Assembly (NCBI GenBank): GCA_012295275.1
Contig: CM022677.1
Coordinates: 8,928,001-8,992,000, forward strand
Direction of reading: 5' to 3'
DNA length: 64,000 bases
Origin: Chrysomallon squamiferum
Taxonomy: Eukaryota > Animalia > Mollusca
Position 1 is the stretch's first letter. Each line of letters begins with the position of its first letter. Positions 48,801 through 63,797 of this stretch are shown here, piece after piece. A program made the translations under genes and the position numbers. The notes beneath the pieces are model-generated. The model saw only the letters and a list, made by a program, of their open reading frames with translations, was not told the DNA's origin and searched no databases.

Positions 48801-51377
48801 GATTCTTTCTTTCTGATTCTATTTCTCTTTCCCTCTGATTTTCTCATTTCTTTTTGAATCAACTTGTTTCTCACTCTGATTCTCTTATTTCTTTGATTCT
48901 TTTTCTCTTTCATTCTCTCTGTCTAATTCTCTCATTTGTTTCTGATCCTGTTTCTCTCATTTCTCTGATTTCTTTCTCAATCTACTTGTTTCTTTCTCTA
49001 ATTCTTTCATTTCTTTCTGTTTCTCTGATGTCCTAATTCCTTTCTAATTCTATTTATTTCTTTCTGTTTCTGTTACTCTGACTTTCTCTGTCTCTCTCTC
49101 TCAAATTCTCTGATTTATTTCTGTTTCCCTGACTATCTCTCTCTTGCTAATTCTCTCAGTTCTTCCTGTTTCTGTTTGTGACTCTCTAATTTTCTCTTTT
49201 CTTTCTGTTTCTATCTTTCTCTCTAATTCTCACATTTCATCCTGTTTCTCTAACTTTCTCTCACTCTTTCTAATTCTCTCATTTCTTACTGATTCTACTC
49301 GTCTTTCTCTGATTTTCTGATTCTGTTTCTCCAACTTTCTGTCTTTCTGTATTTCTCTATTTCTTTCTGTCTTTCTCTGATTTTGCTTCTCTGATTTTCT
49401 CTATTTCTAATTCTCTCATTTCTTTCTTCTGTTTCTGACTTTCTCTATCCATAATTTTCTCATTTCATACTAACTTTGTTTCTCTGACTTTCTCTATCTC
49501 CAATTCTCTCATTTCTTTCTGATTCACCTTGTTTCTTTCTCTCTGTATCTGGCTATCTTTGTTCCCTTCCCCCTTGCAGAAATACTCAACAGCATATATA
49601 TCCCAAAACTACTAATGATTAAATAATTAAAAATCTTTCTGACAAAAACAAAACAAGACAAATCATAAACACCAAAGTTTCAGTCATTTTGCTCAGAAAT
49701 ATAAACTTGTTCTTTCTCTTTTTCTCTCACACACATGCACGCACGCACACGCACACATTCCCACACACACACAAAAAAAAAAAACATCCATAACACAGAC
49801 ACAAATACAGAGAGAGACCAACTATCAAAAAAACACCATACAAACAAAACATACAGTGATCACACACGTCATTTCTATCATTCCAATGATTAATAAAGAA
49901 TAAAACTGCTTGAAAAAAGTAAAATCTGTTTCTTTTAACCTTTTTAATTACAAGAGTAATTTTATTTTTTATCTTTTTTTCTTTCTTCAGAAAATCTTAA
50001 AAGCCTAAATAATTAGTATTGACTTATTTGTCTTTTTGCTGTTTTTTTTGTTTTTTTAAGCATTATTTTTTGTTGATTAGAGTCCATTCATAAGAAAAAC
50101 TTATATAAATGCCTACATAATTAACAGTTATTTGTTCATTTTATTTAATTTTTTCTTTTGATAATTATAAAATTTTGGGGTGTGGATACTTCCAGTTGAT
50201 AAGAAAACACAAACTGAAAATCTTACATATTAGTCTTTTTTTTAAAAATTTTTCCCTAATTTGGTACTGCTTTCATCTCAAAAACTTATATAACTGCCTA
50301 AATAATTAATATTAAATGTCATTTTAATTGAGAGTTCTTTTTATTTATTCTTCTTTTTAAGCTGTTATTTTTGTTTTGAGTTCTTTTCATTTTTTCTTTT
50401 ATTACTATTTTTTATTATTTGTTATTAATTAAATTTTGGGGTGTGGACATTTTTGGTGGATTAGAAAACACAAACTCACTGCATTCATCTGAAAAACTTA
50501 TCGTACGGTGTGTTTTTTCTGAAATTCGCTTGTCGGCGCTTGACGAATCTGTCTGTTCTGTGACAGTAGATGGTGCTCTCTGACGACAATACTGAGACTT
50601 CTTTTTAGATGGAGAATGTTTCAGTGCTGAAATAATTTTTTTTTTTAAATTGGTATTTAATGTTTATAAAACCAAACGTATGAACTAGTCATTATTAAAT
50701 TTAGATGATGGCAATAATAAAATGTAAAAATGTGAAACGATGAACATATTTATAAAATACTTAATAAGTAATACAGTCAGGATCTGTGTCTCTGTGTGCT
50801 GATACAAAGACTGAAATTTTCTGTACAGTGTATTTTATCTAGCTAAAGGTATAGAATGATAATTAGATTATATATAATTAATATTTATATAACATAATCA
50901 AGTAAATATATCATTATATGTGTAATTTGTAAAGATTATTAATTGTGTTTTTCAGATGTTAAATATTAAATCAAACAGAATTAATTAAAAAAAACCACAT
51001 AAATAACTGTTTAGAACTAGTAAGTTAAGTACATTCTGGATACAAAGATCAAAACTGGATGTTTATGACATCAATATTGATGTGTTCAGAACTTACGAGT
51101 GGGCATTTTTCTGAAGACACGACTGGAAAAGAACGTGAGGTATCGGTTGGCATAGTAACTTGGTCGGTGAACTGATATTGTATCCTAAAAAACACAACAA
51201 TAATTAAAAAAAACAATTATAAACCTGTCAGATTAACACAGGGATTGGTTTACTCTCCCAGATATATTTATATCTCTTATTTCTCATAGATCGTGTGTGT
51301 CTGTGTGTGTGTGTTTGTCTGTGCATGTATGTGGTGAGTGTGTTTGTATGTCTATTTTTGCACATCTATGTTTTAAG

Positions 51378-51414
<37 letters not shown>

Positions 51415-54052
51415 ATGTGTGCATGCATACATGAGCATGTGTGTTTTTTACTTTATTATCATAATTATCCTAAAGTTATCATTTAAAAGAAATAAGGAAG
51501 GTACTTACCCCATCAGTAACTATGGACTTGAGTGAATGTTCTAGTTTTTTCTTGAGCCTGTAGGACTGCAGAATGTCGATGATACCAAGATACAAAAACA
51601 TTGTCTCGCCTTTGGAGTTACGAGCCGGGATTCCACCAGGTCTGAAAAGAAAAAGAAAAATATTTTTTAAATGCAAATTATTAATCAGAACTTTTCACTT
51701 ATGTTCATAAAATTAAAAGAAAGTCAATACTCAATTGTTAACCAGACTTTATTATATATATTGCTGTGTTTAATAAAGCCTTCCTTTTAATAACAGCAAA
51801 ATAGGTAAATGCTGATTGGAATAAGCAGTCACTTTTATAGTAACACAAACTATTAAATCAGACATATAACACACTAGACATTGGCTGGTATATGAGGTTA
51901 ATAAATGTGATCAAGTGATTGTGACAAGCAATGGTGGTTGGAATGCTCCTTTTGACTTTGGCCATTTGTAAATTAATGCAAATCAAACACACTAACTATA
52001 TATAATTGGCTGGTATATGCAGTTATAACTTTAGAAAAAGAACATCCTAAGGAACGTGTGGGTTATAAAATAATTATAATTGGGATAAAACGGCTACAGG
52101 CAGTATTTGTTAGGATAACCATTTTTAAAATAAATAAAACACAGGCTGGCATATCTGATTAATAACTGTTTTAGAAACAGCAATCTAGACAACTGTTTGA
52201 GCAATGTTAACTGGAAAAGGAAAAGGTAGACATGGAGTCTGAAGAGTTAAAATGAAAAACTTACGGAATATTTTCATCTTCGGTATAATCTTCAACATCT
52301 GCACGGATTGCCTCGAGAGGTGTGGTTCCTGTGGCCAGTCTAGTTTTAAATGATTTACCTCTTTGCAAACACGGAGCTGAATTTAAACAAAAAAAAATAT
52401 TGTATAATAGAGCCAATGTATGACAATAAATAAATCACTTTTCAAACACAAGGAGTAAAATTAAAAAATAAAGACTTAAAAAATATAATGAATTAGAAAC
52501 TATAACTAACTAAATAAATAAATAAAGTTTTAAAACAGAGTAATTTCAGAATATGGAAAGTTTACTTTAGAAATGTCTAATGTCAAAATTAATCAGTAGT
52601 AATAAAAAAACAGTTAATATATTAATTATATAAAAATAATAATAAAATGTTATTTTACACAGGACATAAACAGACTCAACAAAGGGGCACATTTTCTTAT
52701 TTTTTTAAAACGTATTTCAATTTTACTAGGATAAGCAAACCCATTCAAACACAAACACACACACACACATTCACTTTATTAATTTCAATGTTGAAACAAA
52801 CAAAAATAGTTTGGAACTGACAGATAGTCAAATAAAGATACATATTCAAAGTTTCCAGCGTTGTGTGTGTTGTTATACATTTTAGTAACTGACAATTATA
52901 AAATTATGTTGTATGTGTTATGTGGTTATTTATTAATTTACCTGAAGGTGGACTTCCACATGAACTAGTAGGTGACAGAGCAGTATCTGACTGCTGATCA
53001 CTTGATCTACTTCTATCACGACTCTGAAATACAACACTATTATTATTTACTTATCTAGATAATATATACGTGTGTGTGTGTGTGTGACTATCTGACTGCT
53101 GATCACAACTCTGAAATACAACAATATTATTTACTTATGTAGATTATATATGCATTATATATACATTGTTTGTATCGCATATGTATGTGTCTGTCTGTGG
53201 CTGGCAGAAGCAAAATTCTAAATATTTTTTTTTATGTACTTGTATTCACTTAACCTATTTATTTACATTCTGTTTATTACAAAGACAGTCATCCGAGTGT
53301 GTGTTCATGCTTCACTGGTTTATGAAACAAACATGACAATAGTTTCAGATTCAATTTTATCATACCAAACACTCCTTTAAAAATACTAGAACACTCTTTT
53401 TAAATATGTGTTTTTTGATGACTGAATGCCTCTGTATGTATGTTTTAAATATTTGTTTCAGTATTTATGTATATTGCATGTCTGCCTGTCTGTGATATGT
53501 ATGTGTATCTCTGTATCTCTGTGAGTCTGTACAAAGATCTTGCCTGTGTCTGTGTGTGTGTATGTGTGTGTGCATGTGTGTGTGTGTGTGTGTGTGTGTG
53601 CAGACATGTTTGTCTTATCATGGTCATTACTTTTATACATTCATCTAATTTAACTTGGATAGTATTTTTTATAAACATCTCCAGTTTTCAAGAAAATAAA
53701 CCCAGTAAGTGCTAGTTAAAGCTGAAAATATAATCACTGTACTCACTCGTTCCAGCGAAGCCTTGTCCAAATTGTGTATACCAACTAATAAACTGTAGTC
53801 CATAATCTTAAAACTCTCCAACACCTAAACAAAGTAGTCCTGGGTTAATAAATAATTCACAAAATCAACTGCTCTAGTCTAAATATACACATAAATATAC
53901 AAATTGTCAGAAAGGAGAGAAAAAGGAAAGAGAAAGACAGAAAAACCAGTGGCAATTCCTTCATATTCCAGATTTTACAATAAAACCATTTGTTTAATGT
54001 TGTAAGATTATTTCTAACTAAACTTGTTTTTCTAAGTGAGTAATGTACATAA

Positions 54053-54126
<74 letters not shown>

Positions 54127-54431
54127 ACACATTGATGGATAGAAAGTATGAGAGACAGAAATAGAGAAACATGCAGAGAAAGAAACAGTAACCACTCCAT
54201 GATAACCAGAATCTAACAATAAACCTTTTGCTTGATCTTGTAAAATAATATCTAATCATTACATAATTTTTTAATATTTATAACATAAAATTAAACTGCA
54301 CTTGAATTTAGTCTTACTATTAAAAATTATGTAAACATTAATGCATACACACTCAGACACAGAATTAAAAACAAATGTATCCATGCAACAAAACACACAT
54401 GCATCCATGCACACACTCATAAGAAAAGAAA

Positions 54432-54484
<53 letters not shown>

Positions 54485-57195
54485 CTACAATCATAAACAA
54501 ACACACACATACATACATTAAAAACAACAACATCAGAACTCACTCTGCAGTCTCGTTGTAAAGTTGTTATCAGACCATCATAAATGTCTCTGTCTAACAA
54601 AATTCCTTCAGGGTGAAATTCTTGGAAATCAAGATCTTTGTATGTTGGGTTTGATTTTAAACGTTCTCTCTTTGAGGCTTTGCGCTTGTATGTACTTCCT
54701 TTCAGATCATATTTCTCATGTATTTTGATGGTCGATGGAAGAAGATTATTCATAACTATAAAACGAATATTTTTACCACCACACTGGAAATAAGAAAAGT
54801 TTTTTTAAAAAGTAAATAAGTAAATTATATAAATAATTTACCATAACTAAATGTTTACCACCAACACTGGAAATAAGAAATAAATGGTTTTTGTTTTTAA
54901 ATAAGTAAATTATATAAATATGAAAAAAGTGTTTTTTAAGTAAATAAGTAATTATGTAAATAATTTAATAAAACTGAATGTTTACTACCACAAAAGTAAT
55001 AAGAGAAATGTTTTAAATAATAAATAATTATATAAACTGAATTAACATTTACACACACACACATAACTGGTTATAGACAGATATGGAGATATGCGCGTGT
55101 GTGTGTGTGTGTGTGTGTGAAATAATTAATGATAAATGTAAATAAAAGAAAATAACATATAAAATTAGTTCTATTATTTGGTGGATTAATTTATGATTAT
55201 TATGACATTTACTAATAAAAATAACAACCATTACCTACTTAATCAAACTTAATGAACTATGAAAACAGAAAAATCTAAACTTTTTCATTAATTTACTTAC
55301 TTGATAGCAATAAAGTCCATAAAATTTTGGCAGTAAAGTTCTTGGGTTTTGACTGATGTTCTGAAAAAATATATTAAAAATGTTCTTTTTTAACAAAATG
55401 AGAGAGAATATATGCAAAAGAACTGTCCCTTTTCACAGCAATAAAATACTAATAATAATAACAATATAAACAATATAAAATTCATTATAAAATAATGTTA
55501 CATTTCATCAGATAATACTGAACACAAAATTCTATTTGGTATATTTCGTTATTTAATACAAATATTTAAAAAATTTATCTACAGTTTGTTTTTACACCAA
55601 TGAAACAATTTCTAGATAAACTGTTAGAAATCACAATTATATTTACATTAATTAGTTTTGTGATTAAGTAGTCAGTATCTGCCAACTTTCTGAAAACATC
55701 TATCAGTTATCAACATCAAAACAAAATTAGAAGGTTAATAAAACTATTTTTCAACAGCTGTTGAGGTTATATCTATAACTGAAGGTCTGTATAGATAGTT
55801 ATGGAAATGTATTTGTGTGATCTGGAGGTGTGTGTGTGTGTGTGTGTGTATGTGTTTGGGTGTGTGTCTGTGTGTGTTTGTGTGTGTGTCTGTCTGTCTG
55901 TCTGTGGGGTTTGTGCATATGTTAGTCTTGATGGCTTTCACAGTCAAAAATACACACCCACAGACAGACAACACACACATTATACAAAAATATCTATTCT
56001 AAATTCTAATTAAAAACAACATGGAGTTTGTTATTGTTGGCACTGTTGTGTTTAAAGGCTGCTGCTGAATGCATTGCCAGTGTTATACATGAACTGTACG
56101 AGTATTTCTGGTTACATTTATAAATTGAAATGTTTACCCAAACAGGATTCATGTTAGACTTGTATGTCAATAAAAAAAGAAAAATCCTAGGTACATTAAC
56201 ATATCTATGTTTTTGGGAAATTCTGCTTACTTTGACAAAGGTAATATAGATAGCTGTTGATACAAAGTATGGTGGTCTAGTAGAGTATGCCTTGCAGCCC
56301 AATTCTTCTGACTTCAGCACATGAGGTTTTTGTTAGGTTTACCTCACCCTGAGTCTACATCTGTCTAGTCTCTACCCACTGACCAGCAGAGTATGGGTAT
56401 CACTAACAGAAGCCAAAGCTCCTGCTGATACAGCTCAGTGGGTCACCAAGTCAAGCATGGACTATATTTGAATATAAATATAGACTACTTCATCTTTCAC
56501 AATTAACCAGTTTTCAGTCTCTATTTAAAAATGGTACAAACTATAAATCTGAATTATGACTGCAGGTACCAGATCAATTATACAGACTCCTTGGGCCTGA
56601 GGTCCAGTACCTATATTAATCCCGATAGATTTATCACCTAGATTTGTCCCCCAACCCTCCAGAGATAACCATTTGGATTCCAGTCATTTTTTAAATGAAC
56701 TCAAAAGCAGTATATTGCATATTTAATATTGTGATTGCTTTTAAAAGTGATTTTTAAATAAAGGTACAGATTATGAATATGAACTTGACTATTAAACTTT
56801 AGATTTATCACCTGGATTGCCCCCCTTCCATCTTCCAGAAATAATCATTTGGATCCTAACCATTTTTTGAATGAACACAAAAGCTGTAGGAAATAAGACC
56901 TATTCAACAATGACTGGTATATGTCTCCTAACAAGCCTGTTTCTTTATAATAATCACATAAGCAATGTTGGCTAGGTGTAAAATGATTCCACAAAAAAAA
57001 GGGTGTGGAATATTACTTTTGTGCTGAACTTTGAGTCACAGGAAACAAAAAGAATTAAGACATTTTTAATTATGCTGGTAAGTCATTTTTATCATACCAT
57101 TTATTTACAGTGGTAGGAGAGAGGCTGAGCTAGAGAGAGAAACAAACAAAGACAGGGGGAAAAAAAACCCAGATCATTGAGCATGAAATAGAATG

Positions 57196-57236
<41 letters not shown>

Positions 57237-58232
57237 CTGTCTGTCTGTCTGTCTGTCTGTGTGTGTTTATACTATCTATAAACTGAACAACAAATTAATT
57301 AAATTATCTTACCAAAAAATATCCAGGCAACAACTTTTGTAAGAAATCAGCTTCTTTATGCTGTAGAGTTTTTATGATGAACTCGTCATCATCAGTGATG
57401 TAGAAAATACTTCCACTTGCACCAGGGTTAGACAACTCTCGCAGAGGGGCATGGCACAAAGAAAGCTGTTAATGAAAACTATCAGTAATAATTTTATTTT
57501 TAATTTATTAAAAATTAGGAGTACATGAAAATAAAATACAACTACTACTGTTACTACAACTAATACTAGCATAATATTATTGCTACAACAACAATGACAA
57601 ATATTACTACTACTGCTGCTGCTACTCCTACTACTACAAATAATAACTACAATAAGCAAACAAAAAAAGAGTAAAATAATGATTTATAGTAACAATAATT
57701 AGTACTGATTGTTGAACAAACCCAATTTTAATTCAATTATTATAATTTTCAAATTGTTTATTTTCATAATTTTCTAGTTCTACTCACACAAATAATAAAA
57801 GCGTTAGACAATGAACATTATAAATGTATCTCAAGCAATTATTCTCATTAAAAAAAAAAGAAAAACAAAATTAAAATTAAAGAAATACGACCACTTTCAG
57901 TGCCACAGGTTGACTGATGAACTCAATTCTGAACTAGCATAATTAATCTGCATCAATCTAATGATTAATTTTTCAAGTGAATGACCATGTTCTTATTAAA
58001 TAATTACAGTAGACATTGAAAGTACTTACCATGAAGTCGTCAGGCTGTATGTCAAATAATTCCCTGAAGTAGCGAAATGCAATTGGGGCGTAGGTTTTGA
58101 ATCGGAAATCACTGCAGTGGTGAGCTGGAGTCAGATTACTCCCCTCACTGCAACAACAAATCAATATTTAGTGAAAGGGAATGGAAAGAAATGAATTTTT
58201 GATTCTGTGTGAGAGTGAGAGTGAGAGTGAGA

Positions 58233-58290
<58 letters not shown>

Positions 58291-61200
58291 ATAGGATAGA
58301 AAAAGAGTTGCCAAGACAATTTTTAAATGATTATATTACTATACACCAAATTTGCAAAACCTGAACTCCTAAAACCTCTGATTCTACAATGTTCTATTCT
58401 AAGCTCATGGGACACTGTAAAAATTCTGTTAAATAATACTGAAAGTAAAATTTTAAAATGAAATTTTTAGCACAGGAAACACACAAAACCACTAACCTTG
58501 GATAGAAAACACTTTCAACAACTGCGAAGTCCTGCATGAGAACATCTCTTTCTGGTTTTGAAGACAGACCACCGACACTCTGACCTATACCCAGCTGTAT
58601 AGCAGTCATCAACTCAGATGTCGGTTTCTAAAAACAACAACAGTGTAAACAATCATTTCCATACTAAATAAAATTAGCACACACAGATACATAGATACAT
58701 ACCCATAAACACACACTCGCACGTTCACCCAGTTTTCAAAACATTTTCAAAATTTAAATGTTTATATTGCTATACACCTAATTTACAAAACCAAAAATTA
58801 TAAAATCTCTGATTCTCCATCTTCTAAGCTTATGGGACACTGTGAAAATTCTACATCTGTTAAATGATACTGAAAACGAAAATTTTAAAATGTAATTTTT
58901 CAACTACGTTCTAAATCTAATCAAAAACAAAAATTTCAAAATGATATCAATGAACTGATTACTGGTAATGTAAAACATCAGTTTTATACACAGAAATATT
59001 TCTCTGCTCTAAAATGAATCAAATTGTAACTGAACACTATAAATTATATTTTTATATACCGGTTAACTTATCTTGGAATAAAAACTGAAATGTTTATCTT
59101 TAAAATATATTGTCAAGTAGTTCTAAAACATTTAAAATTTGTTCATTGATCAACAATGAATCATAGAATTTAATTAATTTTTTTATAAAAATTATTATGA
59201 TGGAATATTAAAATGTTACTTACACTTAATATTTATATAATTTAATTATAGAAAAAGATCAAGTTTTTGACCCCCCATTCTTCTGACATATCTCAAAAGA
59301 CGTACAACTCAAGATTAATTTGTAACAATTGTGAAGACCAAATATACCATATTTTATTTTCTGGCAATATTTCAGTTTATATCGGGGCTGAACCTTTTTT
59401 CCTAATAAAATATATCTAACTTGTTTTTCAATTCTCAGCTACAGTTATTAATATAAATAAATACAAATTGTCTTGTTCTTTTCTAATAAGCTCCAGAGTG
59501 GGTGTGTGACTTTGTACATGAGCAGACTGACAGTCAGACAGGCATATAAATAAATTTCTTTTTCTTTTAAATCTTTCTTTTAAATGAACTGAACCATATA
59601 CTCAGGTAAGCAAATACCCTGGTTTTCATTTATATCAGAGATTGTTTTGTTTCTTTGACTGGAATGCAAACATTCTACTGCAATCTCGAGTATGATTGGA
59701 CTGGACTGACTGAATTAACATGTCACATGAACAACATTTTCTTTCTAACAGATCGATGCGTTCATTGATTTATCAATAACAAGGATAAGCAAGCTAAGAT
59801 ATGACTAAATAAGATCAATGCCAAAGTTCATCGATTTATTCAGTTTCTTTTACCTAGCTGAAAAACCATGACAGAAAAACACGCAGGTTCAATATTCCAT
59901 ATCTCAAAAACTCACGTTGTTCTTCGTGTTTCCATAAATAGAGCAAAGCAGAAGATGGCAACAAAGACATTGATTAAGGATCAGTTTTTTTTATTAACAT
60001 TCTGTCAAAATGACTTAGCTATTACTAGTACTGAATTGTTAAAACTGTGTACATCTAGATATACAATATAATTTAATAATCACCGAATTTCTTTCCATGT
60101 ATTACCAGGAATAACTACCAGAACAATACCAGAGTATTAACAATAGTAATAATAACAATAATATATAAATAAATAAATAAATAAATAATATAATCACTAA
60201 TTAATAACAAAAAAATACAAAATATTTTAAAAATAAAATGAATTTAAACATTTACCTGTTGTTTACTTTATAAACACACACATACACACACACAAACAGT
60301 TAGAGAAACTTTAAAAATATTAACTGACACACTAAGATTATCATAATCATTACTAACCTTTCTATAAATAAAATAATGAAAGCAGCACATGAAAGTCATT
60401 TTTATATACTGCTGATTCAAAAGAATTTTTAACTTGTGTAAACAAGAATTAGCATGTTAAAATGTTTTAATACCTGCCAACTAACCAGTGTGAGTTACAT
60501 ATTACCACTTTTCTGTAAATTAAGCAACTAAAGGTGAGCAACACACTTACAGTAAATTTGTATACTGCTAATTCAAGAGACTTTATTTACAACCTAATTA
60601 ATTTTGAAAATAATCATGTTAATGTCTGAGCCAGAATTAAAGTATATTAAAATTTGTAAAAATCAGTTACATAATAAGGTTAATGTATTTGCATTTATTT
60701 ATTATTATTGATATTTCTGTCACACACTAAAGTTATTTTATACTGCTGATTCAGAAGAAGCTTAGAACTTTTTATCCTCTGACTGCTAACAAATAAAAGT
60801 ATTAAGTATTTACTTTTTATAGTCCGTATTAACCTTTACAACTGATAGTGTCAGTATAGTTCTTCATTAAGAAAACATTTTAATATGTGAGAGAGAAAAC
60901 GAGAATAAGAAATTTTATTTCATTTTCATCTTTAACATGTTGATAAATAACAAACTGAACTAAAAAGGGTGTGACAAGAATAAAGATAATTTAAAAGTCA
61001 TCTAAATATCAAATTATTTTTGACTCATGCCTCAGATGCAATATTCAAAGTAAAATGATATGCTGCAGTTTAGTACACTAAAGTATCTCAGCAAAATCTG
61101 ATATATCTGACATTCATTTTACTGTAATACAGATATGGTGATTATAAAGTAAATACAGAAATACAATATAAATTGGGTAGGTTGACACAAATAAAACACA

Positions 61201-61662
61201 CCAGTTTTATTTACATAAAAATGTATTACTAAAACCATGAGTATTGAAATAATATTAATAAGTGAACAGAAAAAAAAAAAAAAAAAATTAAAATGTAGGA
61301 AAAAAATTCTAATAACAGGAAGTACAAATTAGAATTTTTTTTTTATTTAACTTTGTTATTATTTTAAACATAATGAAAATCATTAATAATTATAATATCA
61401 TTATTATCTATCTTTCCTAACAAGAAAATAAAGTATGATTCCTTAACAAAATTGCATGCCAGTCTCCCTCCTTTAATACCACAGGAATTTTTCTAAATTA
61501 GTGATAAAGATTATTTTTAAATTGCTTTTTAAATCTTTCATTTAATGTTTTACATTTCTACAAAATGAGATGGAGATATAGAAAGAAGGGCACAGTACAC
61601 TAAAAATAAATAATTAAATAAATAATAAATAATAATAAATTAATAAATAAATAACATATAGC

Positions 61663-61708
<46 letters not shown>

Positions 61709-62448
61709 TAATAAACTTTTAAAAATCAAAATTAAAATAATTTATTTTGTTAGGGCTGTTGTTACTAAACCAAATCAATGAACTCAGCATTAAAATACAC
61801 TGGCCATAAAGGTTATTAAGTTGTTGTTATATGTAATGTATATTTTCTGTTGAAACAAAAAAGTGAATTCAAACACGCTGGACACATGTTGCAGGGCTAT
61901 TTGACACGCATCTGTAGTTATAAATGTGTTTTTGTTATTAAGCACCAGTTCAGGTGAGTCAAGTTGAATTGTTTATTCCCAGCTGCATTAATAATAATAA
62001 TAATAATAGTAATTAATTATCATAATAGTGTTTTTGTAGTTTGAAAAAAAGAAAAAAGATGAACTGAAAAAGGTTATGTGAGAATATACGGATCAGTCGA
62101 CCTAATGATAATAATTTTAAAAATTAATGTGTTTTTGTAATTCATAAACAATAAAAAATAAATAAAGAAAACCTTTTTATAAAGATATATATACATATAC
62201 AGACCAATTAACCTAATAAGATATATATATATATCTGGTTAAAAAAAAAAAGAGGAGAAAGTTCATGTTAATATAGATATTCTAATAATTAAGTACATTT
62301 GCATTTCATAAAAAAAAATAAAAAATAAAAAAGGAATGAAAAGGTTCACATTATTTGCATCTTAACATTTAAAAAATGCTTACATATTCTAAATAATAAA
62401 TTTCTTTTATAAAATAAAAAAAAAAAGGAAGAAAGTTTCCAAGAACAT

Positions 62449-62485
<37 letters not shown>

Positions 62486-63046
62486 GAGATAGATTTCGTT
62501 ACATTTATTGTATTGCTTTTATTCTTTTGTTTTTTTAGTGCAAGAAAAACATTTATTACTTAATTATGATTAACCCTAGATCCCCCAACATCCTAAAACC
62601 TGAGTTTTTGCCTACCCTGGTATCCTGGGTCAATAACTGGCTGCCTGTTGTCTGCAGTAATATTTATACTAACATCTCATTAGGCTCGTTTCCTGGGACT
62701 ATCTTGCTGTTACTTGCACCTGATATTTCAGCAGCAGGTATACATGCCTCTTGTTCACAGAATCAAGGGTTTAACACGTCACAATACCAGATTTACCAGA
62801 TATTCTTTGACATGTTGCATAGAAAGATATTGTGAAACTCACCTTCTGGTAACTTCACCTAGCTACTGAGGAAAAGACGATTTTCAACTAGGCACATGCA
62901 TGTTTTGCATGTCATTTCAGGTGTCTACTGACCTTTTTGTAGGTGACAACGCCAGCATCGTCCACACGTCTGTGCCCTATCTTGCGTTCATGATCTCTAA
63001 CTGAAGTACCCATCTGCTGTCTTGACATTGTTCCTCCATCTCTGCC
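41282..63046 (-). CDS. PIP5K1: Phosphatidylinositol 4-phosphate 5-kinase type I (5' end probably outside window; ~666 aa visible)
   Basis: Exons 63046-62933, 58627-58497, 58147-58030, 57465-57313, 55360-55301, 54783-54544, 53824-53747, 53023-52942, 52376-52265, 51641-51509, 51184-51097, 50626-50480, 48660-48501, 46524-46322, 45253-45084 and 41293-41282 total 2001 nt in frame. Motifs [54 protein letters not shown] and SVHRP. The last exon (TYL*) is less certain than the kinase exons. Confidence 0.93.
42887..42893 (-). other. Candidate 7-nt stop-containing microexon of PIP5K1 (AGATGAG)
   Basis: Long pyrimidine tract with TGC motifs, followed by TTACAG|AGATGAG|GTAACC. In phase 0 it reads Arg-stop. 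Confidence 0.5.
47800..47811 (-). other. Candidate 12-nt frame-preserving microexon of PIP5K1 (adds KWHR)
   Basis: gtgtgcttttcatttactgcag|AAAGTGGCATAG|gtatga. It is phase 2-2, matching the host intron, and has no stop. Confidence 0.55.
48780..49560. repeat. Strand-asymmetric pyrimidine-rich degenerate minisatellite (ttctctcatttctttctgtttctctga-like)
   Basis: About 780 nt, strongly C/T-rich on the + strand, with recurring 25-30-nt units. Confidence 0.85.
54059..54124. repeat. (AG)n microsatellite
   Basis: Perfect AG run. Confidence 0.97.
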
Positions 63047-63695
63047 CTGAATTAAATATAAAAATTTGACTAAAATTAATTAGTTACAAAAAAATCTATT
63101 CCAAGAATATGCAGGTTCATGTTTTAAACAATACTTGTAGTCAAAGATAAGGAAAAAAAATGACAACTGGTAACCCATGATTGTGCTTCCATCTTGGAAA
63201 TGAGTAATAAAAAAAAAAGAATATGAATAATTTACATTTGTTGTTTTAAAAGCTGAGCTTTTTTTGTGTGATTGTTTTTTTGTTATTTGTTGTTGTTTGT
63301 CTACCCGCATTATTTATTAATTTATCAGTTTTATGTTAAAAAGGAGTGGAAGATAAAGAAATATGAAAACTATTAAAACAAAAAGGTGTAATAACAGAAG
63401 AAAAACGAAGTATAACAAAGAGGAAGATTTTGGAAGAGAATGCCTACCGATGAAAACATTTATTGTAAAAAAATAAAAATGGAATAACAATTGATTATGG
63501 TAATTTGAAAATGTGCTCAATATATTTATAATCGAATTTGGCCTTTTTAATCTTACAGTAGTAGGTAACAACCAATTTAAAAAAAAAAAAAATGAAGAAG
63601 AAAGAACAGTAGGAATGTCATAGTATTTTAAATTCATTTAGTTTTGTTTAGTTCTGGGATCCATTAATTGTAACTCAGTGGTAAATGCTATCAAT

Positions 63696-63797
<102 letters not shown>

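Noticed and set aside
56250-56460. GC-richer block with tRNA A-box-like tggtctagtag (possible SINE or tRNA)
   Set aside because: No B box or cloverleaf is present. It may be an old repeat but cannot be classified by eye.
59850-59940. Minus-strand METRRT mini-exon with GTGAGT donor, and a 4-nt CTAG microexon-like site
   Set aside because: The combinations I tried with neighbouring PIP5K1 exons give a frameshift or stop, and there is no independent support.
62566-62835. 89-aa plus-strand ORF inside a PIP5K1 intron
   Set aside because: It has no recognisable motif or splice context and is better explained as non-coding sequence.
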